NCBI GenBank assembly: GCA_963772365.1
Contig: CAVYXA010000002.1
Location: 32,763 to 96,762 of the forward strand
From: an uncultured Verrucomicrobiae bacterium
GTDB lineage: Bacteria > Verrucomicrobiota > Verrucomicrobiia > Chthoniobacterales > UBA10450
Length of the DNA stretch: 64,000 nt
Direction: 5' to 3'
Shown here piece by piece: positions 18,156-29,218 of the stretch (the stretch's first letter is position 1; the number at the start of each line of letters is the position of its first letter). A program made the translations under genes and the position numbers. The notes under the pieces are model-generated. The model was not told where the DNA came from, searched no databases, and saw only the letters and a program-made list of their open reading frames with translations.

Positions 18156-20651
18156 ATGAAGATCAGCGATCGCATTGCGCAGATTATAACCCAGCGTCGT
18201 GGCACCGTTTGGCTGGGAATCATTGTCCTGGCCGCTGCTTGCCTTGGCATTCTGTTCACGCGTATCTCGCTTGATAGCGACGTGCTCAACATGCTGCCCT
18301 ACGGTTTCCGCTCGGTCGATGGATTGAAAATTTATGACCGGGCATTCGAACAAACGCGGGAGCTCACGTTTGCTTTGCAATGTCAGCCTCAGGATGTCGA
18401 TAAACTGGAAGAGTTTGCGCCCATTTTCGCAGATCATTTGCGCAAACAACCGTGGTCGGTGCGCGTTCTGGCCGGTTCGCCGATGGAAACGCCAGATGGT
18501 CTTCGCGACCTCCACAGTATTGCGGTGCCGCTGCTGTTGAATCTTGAGCCGGCGGAGTTCGACAAGGCATTGTCGATCCTTCAGCCGGACAAAATGCGCG
18601 AACGCTTGCATCGCTTCCGGGAACAGATCGAGGCCGGTTCGCCGCGACCGCAATTCGAGCTCCAATTCGATCCGCTCGGATTGATTGGGCCAGCGCTCAA
18701 ACCCTTTGCCGAGAGCAATCAGATTCAACAGGAACAGCCGCTGGCTTCAGCCGATCGCACGATGCGGGTTTTTCTGGTAGTGACGGATCAGGAATCGACC
18801 AGCGCGTTCGCCTGCCAGCGCTTGATGCGAGAAGTCAACGAGTTTCGAAATCACGCGCGGGAAGGATGGGAAGGCGGGCCGTTGCAAGTGCTGGTTACGG
18901 GTCGCTCGGCTTACGTTGCAGAGATTTCGCTTAGCATGCGCCACGACATCGTCGCGACATTGATCGGATCGGTTGTGCTGGTCGGCATCATATTCTTCGC
19001 CGGGTTTGGCCGTTGGTTGCCGCTGCTCGGAATGGGTTTCTCCCTGTTGCTCTCGTGTCTCGTTGCTCTCGCCTTTGGTCTTCTGATTTTTGGCAGGCTC
19101 AACATGGTGACCGTCGGGTTTTCTGCCATTCTGGTTGGACTGGGCGTCGATTTTGCCATTCTCCTGTTTGGCCGATATCAGCAGGCACGGACTGACGGCG
19201 ATTCGCATCAGCAGGCGATCTCAACCGCAATTCAAAAACTCGGGCGGGCGGTTTTTTTCGGAGCGCTCACAACAGCAGTTGGATTTCTGGCGCTAATCTT
19301 GAGCGGCTCAATTGGATTTTCGGAACTCGGTGTGCTGATCGCGATTGGAATTCTCTTTGCCGGATTATTCATGTGCTCGATTCTCTTTTCCTTTATTCGC
19401 GCTGGCCAGGCACCGCTGCGACACGACTGGATTTTCACTTGTGTGAAACGATATGTGGCCTGGAGTGTCAGGCGTCCGGCTACAATTCTGACCTGCGCGA
19501 TCCTTGTATTCTCGATGCTCACGGTGTTCGGGTTTTCGCCGAAACCGGCGATCCGTTTCGATTCGAGCGCACGGTCACTCGAGCCGAAAAACAGCCGCGC
19601 CGCTCAGGCTTTGGCCGCGATCATGAGCAAGATGCCGGTGCGCTGGGAACCGGTGCTGGCTATCGTGCGTGCCCCCAATGCGCAAACGCTTCATGACGAT
19701 TGGAAGAAAATCTCGGCCCACTGGCACGAACTGGAAGCCGCCGGCCAGATCCAAAATTTTTCCACACCGGCTGCATTGACGCTTTCGCCGGTGTCGATTT
19801 ACCAAAATCGAGAACAATTGCGGACGATCGACTTCGAAAGCATTCGCCAGACGTTGGGACAGGTTCTCGATGCCGAGGGATTTAGTCGCGATTCGTTCTC
19901 AAGCGGCTTCCGATTGCTCGCTCAATTACAAGCGGTGGCGGCGAATCCGAGCACGCCGCTGCCGGACTGGCGTGACGAACTACCGAAGTCATCCAGCTGG
20001 TGGTTCTTAATCGATCGTTATTTTGCGGAAGATCCTTTGCTGACGGCGGGATTCGCCACGAGCAATCAGCCAATCAAGACTCATGCGCAATCTCTGGAGC
20101 TCAGCCGTGAACTGACGGTGCCAGGTGTGCCAATGATTCTGTCAGGGTGGAGTTATACTCTGGCTAATCTGTTGCCATGGTCGCAGCGCCAGTTGTTGAT
20201 CGTGAGCGGCGCCATGGCGGTTTTTGAGGCATTGCTTCTGGCGATTCTCTATCGCGACTGGCGGCTTTGGGCCATTCAGGAGTTGACGCTCGTCTTCGGC
20301 GTCGGCGCGATGTTGGCCACGATGAAGTTGTTCAACCTGGAATTAAATTTGTTAAACGTGCTCGCTTTTCGACTCGTCCTCGCGATCGGGGTCGACTACG
20401 GCATTTATGTTCTGTTTGCCTGGCAAAAGGCGCACGAGATCGAGCACGACGTCGCCGGGGTAGTGAAACCGGTTCTTCTTGCGGGATTGACGGCGGTGAG
20501 CGGCTTCGGTTCGCTGGTGCTGGCGAAAAATCCGTCCCTGAGCGGATTAGGCGTCGCCTGCGCCATCGGCATTTTCTGGAGTTTGGTAGCGACGATTTTC
20601 TTTACTCTTCCCGCCGCTGCTGCAGCCAGACCTAAGCGATGGGAGGGTTAA
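18156..20651 (+). CDS. MMPL/RND family exporter
   Basis: Two transmembrane bundles with GLGVDFAI and AIGVDYGI motifs. Confidence 0.9.
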   Translation: MKISDRIAQIITQRRGTVWLGIIVLAAACLGILFTRISLDSDVLNMLPYGFRSVDGLKIYDRAFEQTRELTFALQCQPQDVDKLEEFAPIFADHLRKQPWSVRVLAGSPMETPDGLRDLHSIAVPLLLNLEPAEFDKALSILQPDKMRERLHRFREQIEAGSPRPQFELQFDPLGLIGPALKPFAESNQIQQEQPLASADRTMRVFLVVTDQESTSAFACQRLMREVNEFRNHAREGWEGGPLQVLVTGRSAYVAEISLSMRHDIVATLIGSVVLVGIIFFAGFGRWLPLLGMGFSLLLSCLVALAFGLLIFGRLNMVTVGFSAILVGLGVDFAILLFGRYQQARTDGDSHQQAISTAIQKLGRAVFFGALTTAVGFLALILSGSIGFSELGVLIAIGILFAGLFMCSILFSFIRAGQAPLRHDWIFTCVKRYVAWSVRRPATILTCAILVFSMLTVFGFSPKPAIRFDSSARSLEPKNSRAAQALAAIMSKMPVRWEPVLAIVRAPNAQTLHDDWKKISAHWHELEAAGQIQNFSTPAALTLSPVSIYQNREQLRTIDFESIRQTLGQVLDAEGFSRDSFSSGFRLLAQLQAVAANPSTPLPDWRDELPKSSSWWFLIDRYFAEDPLLTAGFATSNQPIKTHAQSLELSRELTVPGVPMILSGWSYTLANLLPWSQRQLLIVSGAMAVFEALLLAILYRDWRLWAIQELTLVFGVGAMLATMKLFNLELNLLNVLAFRLVLAIGVDYGIYVLFAWQKAHEIEHDVAGVVKPVLLAGLTAVSGFGSLVLAKNPSLSGLGVACAIGIFWSLVATIFFTLPAAAAARPKRWEG

Positions 20652-20777
20652 GGGCATTTTCACGCTGCCAAAATCGAGCTTTCGCCTGGAAATGCTCACT
20701 TAACAGGTAGCTGCTCACGTAGCTGCTCGGGAGGATAGTGTTTGTTCATTGTCAGTTCGGGGAGGCGAATTTCACAA

Positions 20778-20876
20778 CCCTCACCTGGCGCTTCGCGTAC
20801 GGCCTCCGACCCCGATTCCCAAGGTACCCGCGGCCTATGTCCTCCTCTCCTGCCAGGGAGAGGATTGAGGTGAGGG
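20778..20876. repeat. REP-like element, family F (ccctcacc...ctctcc..ggagag..ggtgaggg)
   Basis: Intergenic copy; a related copy is in-frame in glycerate kinase at 44031-44086. Confidence 0.78.
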
Positions 20877-20994
20877 TCTCCTTCCAACTGACAAGCCGGC
20901 AAACTACCCTCTAGCGCCTTCCTGCGAAAAAAAGCTTGACCTTTTCACCAGGATTTATCAAAACAACAGCACTAAACCTCAAAAAAGGAGAACT

Positions 20995-21666
20995 ATGAGC
21001 CCACACAATCGACCTCTCACTTCATGCATGGCTGTAGCGGCTGCTGTTTTACTGTTTGCGTCCAGCAGCTTTGCCGACACTGTCTACAACAACTTTACTG
21101 GATATAGCGATTTCTGGCATCCGTTCGGAAATCCCGATACGGCCACCTACGGCGAGCTCTTCACATCGCCGAACAATGGCGACAACAATTTGGCAAGCTT
21201 TTCGTTCTACATGGGAAGCCCCGCTTTGACCGGAAACATCATCACCGGCGCGTACATCGCGACTTGGACGGGTACCATGGCTGGCACTTTGTTGTACTCT
21301 TCCAGTGCGATTGACTATGACAATCTCGGCAATGAGCAGATCACCGTTAACACCGGTGGACTCGCGCTCACCGCGAACACGCAGTACGTAATGTTTCTGA
21401 GCGTCTCGAATTACTACGGGCAGTCCGCGGGCCAGGCTTACGTGTCGCAGGGTACATCCATCCCCGGTCTGAATGGCTTCGTTTACTTCAATAATGAAGG
21501 GAATTTCGCCGAGCTCTTCACCAACCCGTGGAACGGGCCGCTGGCACCAGACTGGGCCGTTGATCTGCACTTCAATGCTGTCCCGGAGCCGGCATCGGCT
21601 TCTCTGATCCTTCTGGGAATGGGCGTTCTCGGCGGCATTGGCATTTTGCGCCGCAAGCGATCCTAA
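20995..21666 (+). CDS. PEP-CTERM sorting domain protein
   Basis: Signal peptide; VPEP + hydrophobic helix + RRKRS; ggag RBS. Confidence 0.92.
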   Translation: MSPHNRPLTSCMAVAAAVLLFASSSFADTVYNNFTGYSDFWHPFGNPDTATYGELFTSPNNGDNNLASFSFYMGSPALTGNIITGAYIATWTGTMAGTLLYSSSAIDYDNLGNEQITVNTGGLALTANTQYVMFLSVSNYYGQSAGQAYVSQGTSIPGLNGFVYFNNEGNFAELFTNPWNGPLAPDWAVDLHFNAVPEPASASLILLGMGVLGGIGILRRKRS

Positions 21667-21684
21667 ATATCATTATTCACAACA

Positions 21685-21715
21685 AACGCCGGAGCGAGTA
21701 GCTCCGGCGTTTTTG
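21685..21715 (+). terminator. Rho-independent terminator
   Basis: aacgccggagc-gagta-gctccggcgtt followed by a T tract. Confidence 0.8.
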
Positions 21716-21868
21716 TTTGCACGCGCGGTTCGGTTCGGTTCGGTTCGTAGTCCCGGCCTATGTTTGATGGCGCTCTGGCCCACGTTCGCTTGCATTCCAA
21801 AGGGCGCTTGTCAGGTTGGTGTACGACGGCAAGTTATCGCAGAAAAACGAAAAACGGAGAAGGACCTG

Positions 21869-22234
21869 ATGAGAAAGTCACTAAGAGTAGTCAGCATCTG
21901 CGCCCTTGCGCTAAATCTGAGCATCGTCGGTCTTCAGGCAGGGAATGGCAATGAGAATCGTCGAGCTAGAAAAAAGCACTGGGTGCAGACCAAGGAACAA
22001 AAGGAAAATAAAGCGGACACCGAAGCTAGCGGGCAATCCTCTGCGAAGCCGCGACCGGGCCATACGTTTGGTCATGCCCGGCGAAAAAAACACTCCAAGC
22101 TCAGGACCAAAACACACGCCGAGGATGCCGACCCTGACGCACTACCGAGCAATTCTGCTTCCAACAAAGTCAAAGGAAAAGAATCAGACTCAACAAAAGC
22201 GAAACCCAAAGCCTCAGCAACCCCCTATCCATAA
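21869..22234 (+). CDS. Secreted Lys-rich low-complexity protein
   Basis: Signal peptide MRKSLRVVSICALAL; agga RBS. Confidence 0.65.
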   Translation: MRKSLRVVSICALALNLSIVGLQAGNGNENRRARKKHWVQTKEQKENKADTEASGQSSAKPRPGHTFGHARRKKHSKLRTKTHAEDADPDALPSNSASNKVKGKESDSTKAKPKASATPYP

Positions 22235-22360
22235 TTTTACATGCAGGCCTTGCGCCGCCAGCGATCCTGAACGTTCACGATTTGTGACGAACGCCGGAGC
22301 GACTAGCTCCAGCGTTTTTGTTTGCAGGCACGGTTTCGATGATTTCCGTTTTCCCGAACG

Positions 22361-22703
22361 TCATCGTCCTTCAATGTGAAACCGATGCAATAGCCGATGT
22401 GCGAACGGCGCGACAATGAGGGATGCGATCCCGATGAAAGCCAGCCCGGAAAACAGCGCGTAGCAAGAAGCAAAAATTTTCGCCGCGGCCGAATGCAGAG
22501 GATCGACAGGTCCCATCCCGCCCAGAATCATTGAGGCATTGAGAAGTGCATCGACCCATCCTCAGCTTGCCGAGAAAATGATAACCGAGCACGCCAATGC
22601 CCAGGGCGAACGCCACCAAAGTCAGCGCCACTGCCAGGTGCCGCGCCACGCGCCTGGCAAACTTCGCCCGGCTCAACAACGGATGATTGCGCCGCTCATA
22701 CAT
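22361..22703 (-). CDS. Small membrane protein, ion-channel-like (apparent frameshift near 22560)
   Basis: Joined frames give VLGYH...WVDALLNASMILGGMGPVD...YALFSG...HRLLHRFH. Confidence 0.7.
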
Positions 22704-22710
22704 TTAGGGA

Positions 22711-22914
22711 CTAAATTTTAAAGCGGAGTGCAGCGCCCGCTTCAAAGTCCTCGTCGGCCTGTTTGGCAAGATGATCAAGCTTACCCGCAGCGACGTCAGC
22801 TTCGAATTTGCGATCCCAGGCCTCGGCGACAAACTCCTCAAACCATTTTGTAAAAGCCGCAAGTTGATCGCTGGGCAAGCGTTCAACCGCGGATTCAATC
22901 TCCCGGACGCTCAT
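22711..22914 (-). CDS. Small putative antitoxin-like protein
   Basis: MSVREIESAVERL...WDRKFEADVAAGKLD pattern; no toxin follows. Confidence 0.6.
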   Translation of the reverse strand: MSVREIESAVERLPSDQLAAFTKWFEEFVAEAWDRKFEADVAAGKLDHLAKQADEDFEAGAALRFKI

Positions 22915-22952
22915 GCCTTAATTCTGTATCACCACTTGCTTCAGCGCAAAAG

Positions 22953-22990
22953 CAAAACAGCCGACCCCTTTTCGAGCTCGGCTGTGTGTT
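22953..22990 (-). terminator. Rho-independent terminator downstream of the duplicated groEL 3' end
   Basis: acagccga...tcggctgt hairpin with a T tract on the minus strand. Confidence 0.6.
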
Positions 22991-23781
22991 AACTCGCGAA
23001 AGCTTTCGGAGTTAATCGTTGTTTCGATTTCGGCTTAATAATCCATGCCGCCCATGGCGGCCCAATCTCCCAGCCTAAATCCAAGAAAAACGACCGACTC
23101 CTTTCTGCCTTTCTTCGCTGTCAAGATTTGATGCCTGACCCCAATCTCCCAATCAGATTTGATGCCTGACCCCAATCTCCCATCCTGGTAAGTGACGAAT
23201 AATTTCGAACTAACGTCTCAGGCAAACTGGGAGTAACAGGGGCGCGGTTAAACTGAAAATGCTACCGGGGAAATCTCCACCGCGGCGAGCACGAGCAGGC
23301 GTGTTTCATAGGCTCGACTTTTGAGCGGCTCCGCAAATGTTAAGTGTTTAGATCTGACTCCGCTCTGGATTTCCGAGTGACGCCATAAGTTCGGCGCGCT
23401 CGGCTTCAGTCAAAGCATCCAGACCACATCGTCGCGCAAGCTATCGCGATTCCAATGCCTCCCGTTCCGCCGGCGGGAGCGCTTCCATCGCTCGTTCGAT
23501 TTGGTCAACGCTCATGTTCTCGATCCTGATTCGATGCCGCGACTTCGGCAATCAGGAATCCGCGCGGGAGCTGCGATCGGTTTCCTTGACCGTGCAAATG
23601 TTGAATTGCCTGCTCGCGAATGCTTCGGAGTTTAGACCCGACCCCGTTTTCCCCGTTCCGACTACGGCGGCCCAACGTCCCAGCCTAAATACAAGAAAAA
23701 AGCACCGACCCTTTCTTCCCTCTTTTCCCCTGCTTTCCCCATCAGTCATTTTTTTCTTGCAGCGGCCTGCTTGGCGCGCGC

Positions 23782-24240
23782 ATGATGCGCCTTTCCTCCG
23801 CAAATATGGCCAGACTCGTCGAACGCCGACAGAAACCCGCATCCGACGCGGCTGATTTGTCGGCACGCAAACAGAACGGTTTAAACGAGTGGGGAGAGCG
23901 GGTCGCCAAGTACATCCCTGCGGAAATTCTCACATTCTACACCGCCGCCGTAAGTCTAATTGCTGCATACGACCTCACAGCCCAAGCGACGAAACGATTG
24001 TGGTTATTCGCCGTAGCTGGTTTGGTCTTTTGGCTGCTGACCCCATTTTGGCTCGGCCGATTCTCAAAAGATAAAAGCGTGAAGATAACGAACCAAATTG
24101 TTGGATTCATCGCATTCGGATTATGGGCATATGCTTTTCCGGCTGGGTGGTTTAAAGACATGGGATTATATGACCCGATTCTCGCAGGTGTTCTTTTAAT
24201 CCTGTTCGCGGGTGTCAGCGGATTCATTACGCCTAAGTAA
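23782..24240 (+). CDS. Multi-pass membrane protein (about 4 TM)
   Basis: ERVAKYIPAEILTFY followed by hydrophobic helices; basic N-terminal extension. Confidence 0.75.
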   Translation: MMRLSSANMARLVERRQKPASDAADLSARKQNGLNEWGERVAKYIPAEILTFYTAAVSLIAAYDLTAQATKRLWLFAVAGLVFWLLTPFWLGRFSKDKSVKITNQIVGFIAFGLWAYAFPAGWFKDMGLYDPILAGVLLILFAGVSGFITPK

Positions 24241-24249
24241 GGCAAGGGC

Positions 24250-25434
24250 ATGCGAGCGCTCTTCAGCTTCAGCGAGCGCGGGGAAGTTCGTGACTTAGTC
24301 GGAAGTGCGACTGAGTTTCGATCCGTACAGGGTATTGTTGTAGACTATGATCCCTTTTGGCTAACACTGTGGTCGCTCCGTAGCAAATACGGAGATTCAG
24401 CCGTCGACGAACTCAGCCGGCGATTGTTCGATTGGTTGCATTTCTTTGGGCCAGGTAATTGGCCAATGTTTATTCCGTCCTTTGTTCAAGGTCTCGAAGA
24501 AATTGGAGAGGTCGAACCGCCGGATCCAAAGTGGATACCGAAGCACTGGTTTGAACTCCAACATCTCCTTCGAGTCGGCGCACCGTCGAAAGAGCCATTC
24601 ATCGTAAAGATTTGCCTGCTACCGTGGCAGCCGGAAGAGCGCTTACCCCAGCTGGGAGAGTATCCGTTTCCAGTTCTGAAAGAGCGTCGAGGGATTGCTG
24701 AGCTAGCTTTTCCGATGCGAGCCCACCGGCCCGTGATTGGCGGAATTAGCATCGGCACAAACTCCACCGATTCAGGAACGCTCGGCGGTATCGTTGAAGA
24801 TCAGAACAAGAAACGATGGGGCGTGACATGTGCACACGTCGTCGGTGGTACATGCTCTGTTGAGCAGCCAGCTCAGAGCGATAACGGCAGAGCCGCATCA
24901 ACCGTCGGCAAAGCGCAACTAATTAGCCGCCTCAACGCTTCGACTCGCAGTACGCCTTGCAATCCGTACAACAAGGGAGCGGTATTAAATTCTGTTGATG
25001 CCGCCTTAATCGAATTTGATCAGGGCACAACTACCTCGCTTCAGATCTTAAATCAACCCAAGCTCGTGGGCGTAAGGTCGCGCCAAGATATCAATCCTGG
25101 TGATTTAGTGGATGTCGCGGGAAAGCAATCCGGTTCGCGATTGCTGCAAGTGGGGGGACTGGGCGTTACGTACAGGATGCGAGATTCTGCGAATAATTTT
25201 TTCTGTTTTCACCACTTGTTTGAACTCAAGTGGCCACGCTGGTGGCGGGTTATCGCGAGTCGACCGGTACAAAAAGGTGATTCGGGCGCCTGGGTAATCA
25301 CGTCCGGCGTAAATGGAAGCGAGTGGGCCGGAATAGCAATCGCGGGAGATCGTTTGATTGGCTATGCAACATTTGCAGAAGAAGTGATCGATTGGGCGCG
25401 AGCCGATCACAAACTCGATTTGGTCATTGTCTGA
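24250..25434 (+). CDS. Trypsin-like (S1) serine protease with N-terminal extension
   Basis: GTLG, TCAHV (His), DAALI (Asp), GDSGA (Ser); no signal peptide. Confidence 0.85.
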   Translation: MRALFSFSERGEVRDLVGSATEFRSVQGIVVDYDPFWLTLWSLRSKYGDSAVDELSRRLFDWLHFFGPGNWPMFIPSFVQGLEEIGEVEPPDPKWIPKHWFELQHLLRVGAPSKEPFIVKICLLPWQPEERLPQLGEYPFPVLKERRGIAELAFPMRAHRPVIGGISIGTNSTDSGTLGGIVEDQNKKRWGVTCAHVVGGTCSVEQPAQSDNGRAASTVGKAQLISRLNASTRSTPCNPYNKGAVLNSVDAALIEFDQGTTTSLQILNQPKLVGVRSRQDINPGDLVDVAGKQSGSRLLQVGGLGVTYRMRDSANNFFCFHHLFELKWPRWWRVIASRPVQKGDSGAWVITSGVNGSEWAGIAIAGDRLIGYATFAEEVIDWARADHKLDLVIV

Positions 25435-25568
25435 GCCGTACAGCAAAAACAGCTCAGCTCTCGCCAGATCGACTGCTTGTTAATTGTTATTCGGCTTTGG
25501 ATAAGGATGTCCAAAATCTATGCCGTTCACTCCGCGATCCGCATTAGACAGTGATAACTTGATAAGGA

Positions 25569-26139
25569 CTACCCAGTTTGTCGAATCCAATCGCGAATAT
25601 TCATCCCGATTCTCTCAACGTCTTCCTTGGCCAACACGCCGCCATGCATCACGATGTTGCGCGATTTTTCGAGAGTATTGAGTACCGGCTTTTGACCATT
25701 CCAAATCGGCAAGAACGCTCTCGAATACCGCCCAATTCGTGACAATGATCGACGAGAGATCGCCGAAGTCGCAATAATTAATCTCAGATTGCCCACGGCT
25801 ACCATGCCACCGGAATTTTGCTTCTTCTTCCATTCGCGTTGCCGCTTTCTTCTGGATCTTATCAGGAACTTTAGTCCACCACGTTTCCGTATGTTCCTCT
25901 GCCATTGCTTTGCTCACCAAGGTGCGCACCATATTCTCAAACGAATGAATCGCTGTGTAGACGATTGACATTCGCTGGGCATCCACGAGCGCGTCCGGGT
26001 GAAGCATTTCAAACGAAAGCGATCGACGCAAAATTCCCGCCTCCTCGCTTCCGAAGTGTTTCCGCCGTTGTCGCCCAATTCGATCGAGAGTTTCGTCCGT
26101 TAAAACTCCGCGGTAGATAAAAGAATAGAGATCGACCAT
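25569..26139 (-). CDS. Swt1-like HEPN domain protein (apparent frameshift near 25688)
   Basis: FENMVR, WW, YCDFGDL; second frame supplies the RNIVMH (Rx4H) motif. Confidence 0.8.
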
Positions 26140-26774
26140 TAGCCTAAATGTTGTCTCAGGCTCCTGAAAATTGCGTCGTAGACGCCTTGATCTCTGCTCT
26201 CAGGCAAAACGATGTTCACATGGTACTGCAAAGAACCTACCGATACCTTGCCAAGGGGTTGATTGAGCTCCGGCTTATCACTGGCTGATTCGGTAAATTG
26301 TTCGATCTTACTTTCCGCTGCCGATTCAGCTGTTGCAGGAACCGTCGCGCCTTCGAAGTCGGCTTGCTGACATAACGCAACAAATGTTCGCGCGATCAAC
26401 GAGATCACGCTGTCCTTCTTCTTGCCCGCATATAGAGTCCTCAATTTATTCCTAACCTCGGTCGGGCTGAGTTTGTGCGCCTGCCGATTAACCGTGAACA
26501 AGTCAGAAAACGCTTCTTTGATTGCTTCCGCCAGGACTTGCTCAGACCGAGAAGTATCAAGGAATTCGTAATACCTTTTCTGAGGAACGCCATCCGCGTC
26601 GATGAATTTCAGATCCTTGAGAACGCCGATCAAAAGTCGGTCGTTTGTCGAAGTGAATCCCAGTCCCTCAAGGAATTTATAAGAGAACCGAGGAGGAGCA
26701 TCAGCGTTTTGAATGGCGGCGAAATATGCCGGGATAGCACCCGGCTTTAGTGTGTAGCTGTCAGGTAGGCTCAT
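26139..26774 (-). CDS. DUF5343-like protein
   Basis: APPRFSYKFLEGLGFTSTNDR...LKFID; C-terminal LQYHVNIVLPESRDQGVYDAIFRSL; stop overlaps the HEPN start. Confidence 0.75.
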   Translation of the reverse strand: MSLPDSYTLKPGAIPAYFAAIQNADAPPRFSYKFLEGLGFTSTNDRLLIGVLKDLKFIDADGVPQKRYYEFLDTSRSEQVLAEAIKEAFSDLFTVNRQAHKLSPTEVRNKLRTLYAGKKKDSVISLIARTFVALCQQADFEGATVPATAESAAESKIEQFTESASDKPELNQPLGKVSVGSLQYHVNIVLPESRDQGVYDAIFRSLRQHLG

Positions 26775-26780
26775 AAGAAG

Positions 26781-26815
26781 AAAATCGCCGGACCTCTTTC
26801 GAAGTCCGGCGATTC
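26781..26815 (-). terminator. groEL terminator
   Basis: aatcgccggac...gtccggcgatt hairpin with a T tract on the minus strand. Confidence 0.75.
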
Positions 26816-26837
26816 ATAATTCATTTGTGGTTTGCCC

Positions 26838-28476
<1,639 letters not shown>

Positions 28477-28574
28477 TTATTTAGGTTAAATGGTTACATC
28501 GCTACATCGGAAGTCAGGCATCTTGCCTGACTCGGCCGACAGGCTTCTAGCCTGTCTGATCTCAACCTGAATCC

Positions 28575-28871
28575 TTATCCAATGATGCCGAGGATGTCGT
28601 CCTCGCGCATGATCAGGTAATTGTCGTCACCGATCTTGATTTCGGTGCCGCCGTATTTGCTGATCAGCACGCGGTCGCCTTTCTTTACGGTGAAATCGAC
28701 TTTCTTTCCGTTGTCGTCGACTTTGCCGGTGCCGAGAGCGACTACTTTCCCCTCTTGTGGTTTTTCCTTGGCGGTATCGGGGATGATGATTCCGCCTTTT
28801 TTGGTTTCCTGCTCTTCGAGCGGCTGCACCAGCACCCGATCGCCGAGCGGTCTTACGTTAACGTTTGCCAT
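28575..28871 (-). CDS. groS: Co-chaperonin GroES
   Basis: [22 protein letters not shown]. Confidence 0.97.
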   Translation of the reverse strand: MANVNVRPLGDRVLVQPLEEQETKKGGIIIPDTAKEKPQEGKVVALGTGKVDDNGKKVDFTVKKGDRVLISKYGGTEIKIGDDNYLIMREDDILGIIG

Positions 28872-28989
28872 AAGTTGTCTGAATTACTCCTTATTGGGTT
28901 GTATTGTTTCTTTTGGTTGAGCCGGCGACTGTCGATGTTGCGACCGCCACCGGCAAATTGTTTCGGTTAATATAATTTCTGCGACTCGT

Positions 28990-29140
28990 CTGGGGAGCGC
29001 ACGCTTGTAGCGTGCTGGTTGCCGCATTCTGCGGCGACGAACTTCCCTTCGACTCATTCACGAGATCCGATTGTTGATTCAACGAAAAAGTTCGTGATCG
29101 CAGAATGCGATCATCAGCACTCAGAATGAGTGCGCTCCCC
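28990..29140. repeat. Long palindromic intergenic repeat (gggagcgcac...gtgcgctccc)
   Basis: ~150-nt nested inverted repeat between dnaK and groES. Confidence 0.7.
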
Positions 29141-29218
29141 GAAATTCCGGGGCCGCACTTTCCATAATACGCTGACTTGTTCGCCCGATTCACGATTCTC
29201 GAATCACGATTCACGGAT

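Noticed and set aside
23120..23185. Tandem 28-bp repeat as a mini-CRISPR
   Set aside because: Two copies separated by only a few nucleotides; no spacer
29115..29136. agcactc-agaat-gagtgc upstream of groES as a CIRCE element
   Set aside because: The spacer is 5 nt rather than 9, and the motif is one arm of the 28990-29140 palindromic repeat
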